From assembly GCA_027620655.1 (NCBI GenBank), contig JAQCDS010000003.1, positions 10,449 through 74,448 of the forward strand: DNA of 64,000 nt, given 5' to 3'. Each line of letters starts with the position of its first letter. Position 1 is the first letter of the stretch. The position numbers were made by a program, and so were the translations under genes. Below the pieces are notes generated by a model. The model searched no databases, was not told where the DNA came from, and was given only the letters and a program-made list of their open reading frames with translations. The DNA comes from Bacteroidota bacterium. Lineage in GTDB: Bacteria > Bacteroidota > Bacteroidia > Flavobacteriales > Flavobacteriaceae. Positions 60,080 to 64,000 of this stretch are shown here, one piece after another.

Positions 60080-60688
60080 ATGGCTTTTGAATTACCAAAA
60101 CTAAACTATGCATACGACGCTTTAGAGCCTCACATTGATGCAAGAACAATGGAAATACATCATTCTAAACATCACAATGGATATACTACAAAATTGAATG
60201 CTGCAGTTGAAGGAACCGCACTTGAAAATGAAAGCATCGAATCTATTCTAGAAAACCTAGACATGTCTAATGGTGCTGTGCGAAACAATGGTGGTGGTTT
60301 TTATAATCACAGTTTATTTTGGAGTATTATGGATCCAAATGACAAAGGAGAACTTTCAGGAGATTTAAAAGATGCTATTGTTGATGCTTATGGATCTGTC
60401 GATGCATTTAAAACTGCTTTTTCTACAGCGGCTGCTACACAATTCGGTTCTGGGTGGGCTTGGCTTTGTGTTCATAAAGGCGGAAAAGTAGAGGTTTGTT
60501 CTACACCAAATCAAGACAATCCACTTATGCCAGGAGTGTCCTGTGGTGGCACGCCTATTTTGGGGCTTGATGTCTGGGAACATGCTTATTATTTAAATTA
60601 TCAAAATAGACGCCCAGATTATATCAATGCGTTTTTCAATGTTATCAATTGGAATGAAGTGGCTAAAAGATTTGAAGCGGCAAAGTAA
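60080..60688 (+). CDS. sodA: Mn/Fe superoxide dismutase (Mn-type signatures)
   Basis: [36 protein letters not shown] at 60039-46. Confidence 0.9.
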   Translation: MAFELPKLNYAYDALEPHIDARTMEIHHSKHHNGYTTKLNAAVEGTALENESIESILENLDMSNGAVRNNGGGFYNHSLFWSIMDPNDKGELSGDLKDAIVDAYGSVDAFKTAFSTAAATQFGSGWAWLCVHKGGKVEVCSTPNQDNPLMPGVSCGGTPILGLDVWEHAYYLNYQNRRPDYINAFFNVINWNEVAKRFEAAK

Positions 60689-60710
60689 AACTTACAAAAC
60701 GTTGTAAAAT

Positions 60711-60740
60711 AAAAAAGGTGAACAGATGTTCACCTTTTTT
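60711..60740. terminator. Perfect bidirectional intrinsic terminator
   Basis: AAAAAAGGTGAACA-ga-TGTTCACCTTTTTT. Confidence 0.9.
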
Positions 60741-60781
60741 GCCCCAAATCTACCATGAACTTAACCTACTTATGTTATGGT
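60711..60781 (-). ncRNA. Candidate small RNA (~70 nt)
   Basis: Minus-strand TATATTTG at 60793-60786, then the ACCATAAC..GTTCATGGT hairpin and the terminator; no meaningful ORF. Confidence 0.5.
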
Positions 60782-60820
60782 GATTCAAATATATACTTAA
60801 ATTAGTTAGCAGGATTGTTT

Positions 60821-60860
60821 TTTAGATGAAATGCATTTTTTTTAGATGAAATGCATTTTC
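60821..60860. repeat. 20-bp tandem direct repeat containing the palindrome AAATGCATTT
   Basis: TTTAGATGAAATGCATTTTT / TTTAGATGAAATGCATTTTC. Confidence 0.9.
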
Positions 60861-62759
60861 TTAATAAGCTCGCTCATTTTTCCCCTCATAAAAATTAATA
60901 AAGGCCTGATTAACTACTCTATTGCCTCCATCGGTTGGGTAGATCCCCGTAAAATACCAATCTCCTAAATTTTGAGGACATGCCTTGTGTAAATTTTCAA
61001 TCGTTTGGAATATAATCACAACTTCTGCATTAATCTCTTCATCACTCAACAATTGTGAAATTTTTTGTGAAATTTGTTCTGCTGTAAAAGGAGCATAAAT
61101 CTCTTTTACAAAATTCTTTACCTCATGATCGCTTAAATTTTCTTGTGCCTTACACTTGGCATATACCTCATCAACAAGATTCATTTTATTTTGATCTTTT
61201 AGCAAAGCCAGTGCTGCACGGAATGCAACAAGCCCTTCTAAATTTGCCATATCTATACCATAGCAATCTGGATAACGTATTTGAGGTGCAGAGGACACCA
61301 CAACAATTTTCTTTGGCGAAAGACGATCTAGCATTTTAAGAATACTCTTCTTTAGTGTTGTCCCACGTACAATGCTGTCATCTATAATAACAAGGTTGTC
61401 TTCTTTTTTAATTACACCGTATGTAATATCGTATACGTGTGCTACCAAGTCATCTCTACTGCTGTCTTCAGTAATGAAAGTCCGGAGTTTAACGTCTTTA
61501 ATAGCAATCTTCTCTATACGGGTATGTTGGGATAATATTTGAGTTACTTTTGCCGCAGATAATGATCGTTTCCCCTTTAGTATTTGCTCTGTTTTTGTAT
61601 TATTTAAAAAGGCTTCTACAGACTCAACCATTCCAAAAAATGAAGTCTCTGCAGTATTTGGAATAAATGAAAATACGGTGTTTTTTATGTCGTTATCAAT
61701 ATGCTTTAGAACTTCAGGGACAATCAATTTCCCTAGCATTTTACGTTCTTTATAAATTTCTGCATCACTTCCTCTCGAAAAATAAATGCGTTCAAAAGAG
61801 CAGGCCTTGCGAACTGTTGGTTCCAAAATTTTACTGATTTTTGTTTGGCCAGACTTTTTAGTAATTATTGCATGCCCTGGTGGAAGCTCCTCAACAGATT
61901 CAAAAGGCACATTAAAAACAGTCTGTATTACAGGGCGCTCAGAAGCAACTACCACAACCTCATCATCGATGTAGTAATATGCTGGTCGAATCCCTGCTGG
62001 ATCGCGCAACACAAAAGAATCACCATGACCAATCATTCCTGCCATGGCATACCCACCATCCCAATTTTTTGCAGATTTTTTTAAAATCTTTTTTATACTT
62101 AAACGTTCTGCAATCAATGGCGAACACTCCATTTTGGTGTATCCTTCTTTTTTAAGTTTTTTATACATTTTAGATACTGCATCATCTAGAAAATGACCTA
62201 TTCTCTCCATGATTGTAATTGTATCTTTATATTCTTTTGGGTGCTGGCCAATTTCTACTAAATTGCTAAACAATTGTCGTACGTTGGTCATATTAAAATT
62301 TCCTGCAAGAATCAAATTGCGATGCATCCAATTGTTTTGCCTTAAAAAAGGATGAACACTCTCAACACTGTTTTTGCCAAAAGTTCCATAGCGTACGTGA
62401 CCTAACATGACTTCGCCTAGATACGGAACAAGCTTTTTTTGGGTTGTAATATCATTTACACAATCGGGATTTTTTTCCAATACATCATTAATACGTTGAT
62501 TAATCTGAGCAAAAACATCCTGGATAGGTTGCTGTGCTACAGATCGTACTCGACTTATGTAGCGCTCCCCAGGGTTCATGTCCAATTTTATACTCGCAAA
62601 ACCAGCACCATCCTGTCCACGATTATGCTGCTTTTCCATGATTAGGTACATCTTATTGATGCCATAAAAAGCGGTGCCGTATTTTTCTTTGTAATACTCT
62701 AGGGGTTTTAAAAGACGTATGTGGGCTATGCCACACTCATGTTTAATTGCATCACTCAT
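60861..62759 (-). CDS. purF: Amidophosphoribosyltransferase (Bacteroidota long form)
   Basis: HECG, QHNRGQDGAG, GHVRYGT, IIDDSIVRGTT, YPDCYGIDM. Confidence 0.95.
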   Translation of the reverse strand: MSDAIKHECGIAHIRLLKPLEYYKEKYGTAFYGINKMYLIMEKQHNRGQDGAGFASIKLDMNPGERYISRVRSVAQQPIQDVFAQINQRINDVLEKNPDCVNDITTQKKLVPYLGEVMLGHVRYGTFGKNSVESVHPFLRQNNWMHRNLILAGNFNMTNVRQLFSNLVEIGQHPKEYKDTITIMERIGHFLDDAVSKMYKKLKKEGYTKMECSPLIAERLSIKKILKKSAKNWDGGYAMAGMIGHGDSFVLRDPAGIRPAYYYIDDEVVVVASERPVIQTVFNVPFESVEELPPGHAIITKKSGQTKISKILEPTVRKACSFERIYFSRGSDAEIYKERKMLGKLIVPEVLKHIDNDIKNTVFSFIPNTAETSFFGMVESVEAFLNNTKTEQILKGKRSLSAAKVTQILSQHTRIEKIAIKDVKLRTFITEDSSRDDLVAHVYDITYGVIKKEDNLVIIDDSIVRGTTLKKSILKMLDRLSPKKIVVVSSAPQIRYPDCYGIDMANLEGLVAFRAALALLKDQNKMNLVDEVYAKCKAQENLSDHEVKNFVKEIYAPFTAEQISQKISQLLSDEEINAEVVIIFQTIENLHKACPQNLGDWYFTGIYPTDGGNRVVNQAFINFYEGKNERAY

Positions 62760-62827
62760 GTATGAAAGTGGTGTTGTGGGTGGTTTGTATTTTATAAACT
62801 AACATTTATGCTCTAAAATAAAACATT

Positions 62828-63754
62828 TTAGGTAAGTTCTATATCAAATTGGGTTAAATTTTTAAATAATTGAAGGCGACGAAAAACTTCTTTTGAATCT
62901 AAATGACACATTCTTTCTGTGCCAAACTTTTCTACACAAAAAGAGGCTAATGCAGAGCCGTATATCACCGCTTTTTTCATGTTTTCAAAAGAAAAATCAT
63001 TTGTTTTTGTCAAATATCCTGCAAATCCTCCTGCAAATGTATCGCCAGCACCTGTTGGATCAAAAACCTCTTCTAAAGGTAGTGCAGGTGCAAAAAATAC
63101 GTTCTCTTTATTAAACAATAAAGCGCCATGTTCTCCTTTTTTTATAACAACATATTTTGGGCCCATCGTATAAATCTTTCGTGCAGCTACTACCAACGAA
63201 CTTTCATTAGTCAACTGTCTTGCTTCTTCGTCATTTATGGTTAGGATATCAACTCTTTTTATAACTTGCAATAAATCTTCCAGAGTATTTTCCATCCAAA
63301 AATTCATGGTGTCTAGAATCACTAATGCATTTTTATTTACAACTTGATCTAAAACACTAGACTGAACTAAGGGGTGTAGGTTGCCTAGCACAACAACGCT
63401 TGAATCTTTAAAATTATCAGGTACAACGGGCTGAAAATCAGATAAAACATTGAGCTCTGTAGACAAAGTGTCTCTAGTATTCATGTCGTTGTGATAACGA
63501 CCACTCCAAAAAAATGTTTTCCCAGTAGGTATAATTTCTACAGCAGAAATATCAATATTATGATGACTTAAAAGTTGTAAATACTCATCTGGAAAATCAC
63601 CTCCTACAACTGATACAATAGCACTTTCTACATTAAATTGTGAAGCCGAAAGCCCAATGTAGGGCGCAGAGCCTCCAAGAATTTTATCGGTTTTGCCAAA
63701 GGGTGTTTCAATAGCGTCAAATGCAACAGTCCCAACAATCAATAATTTACTCAT
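62828..63754 (-). CDS. PfkB-family carbohydrate/nucleoside kinase
   Basis: GTVAFDAI, INDEEA, DPTGAGDTFAGGF. Confidence 0.93.
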   Translation of the reverse strand: MSKLLIVGTVAFDAIETPFGKTDKILGGSAPYIGLSASQFNVESAIVSVVGGDFPDEYLQLLSHHNIDISAVEIIPTGKTFFWSGRYHNDMNTRDTLSTELNVLSDFQPVVPDNFKDSSVVVLGNLHPLVQSSVLDQVVNKNALVILDTMNFWMENTLEDLLQVIKRVDILTINDEEARQLTNESSLVVAARKIYTMGPKYVVIKKGEHGALLFNKENVFFAPALPLEEVFDPTGAGDTFAGGFAGYLTKTNDFSFENMKKAVIYGSALASFCVEKFGTERMCHLDSKEVFRRLQLFKNLTQFDIELT

Positions 63755-63834
63755 GAAAGCTACTTAGAAATTTAAACTACAAAGTTAAGTAAATTTAAAG
63801 GCTTAATGAAATAAAAAAACTTCTAAAATCTCAC

Positions 63835-64000
63835 TTATTTCCTCCCAAAATCTGCTGGGATTTCGCCCCATGCTTTGGTTTCCCATTTAACAATTTTTGT
63901 TGCAAAAGAATTGTTTTTTAACCACATTTCTGCTCGAGAGACAAGCTCAAAAAGAGGTTGATTTTCTGTACTTCGCTGCAATTTTGTGTTGCACTTTTTT
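63835..64000 (-). CDS. rnhA: Ribonuclease HI, C-terminal part (runs off window)
   Basis: Manual translation KKCNTKLQRSTENQPLFELVSRAEMWLKNN..KWETKAWGEIPADFGRK*, the C-terminus typical of viroplasmin-type RNase HI. Confidence 0.85.
   Translation of the reverse strand, partial: KKCNTKLQRSTENQPLFELVSRAEMWLKNNSFATKIVKWETKAWGEIPADFGRK

Noticed and set aside
2058..63173. Many 60-126 aa ORFs antisense to or nested in core genes
   Set aside because: They overlap well-supported genes and show no independent motifs or expression signals

Overview
AT-rich, densely packed chromosomal window from a Bacteroidota member, most likely a streamlined Flavobacteriaceae genome. This assignment is inferred from TAnnTTTG promoters, a PorZ-like T9SS gene, a TSP3-repeat OmpA and typical gene order. 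Most of the window is core genome: tsaB (partial), a MacAB/TolC-type efflux operon, a cytochrome oxidase III/IV and assembly cluster, rplM-rpsI-rpsB-tsf, pyrH-frr, asnS, rpoN, umuC/umuD, TonB receptors, recX/recO, gdhA, yicC-gmk-nadD-dusB, rbfA, mce, addB/addA-like genes, ompA, kbl, sod, purF, pfkB and rnhA (partial). The most unusual part is a ~4.4 kb accessory island after a tRNA(CAT). There, unrelated lipoprotein cargos each follow a related signal-peptide-coding leader of about 50-60 bp (two copies match at 49 of 50 nt), and the array ends in a dead, cargo-less copy of that leader. This suggests a cassette array that exchanges surface lipoproteins by recombination at the leader DNA. Other candidates are an unannotated sRNA between sod and purF with tandem upstream repeats, a switch-like rpsB leader, an ECF-type promoter for the efflux operon, two small coupled membrane proteins, and three single-base frameshifts that may be real or assembly errors. 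All family assignments come from motif recognition by eye; no database searches were run.
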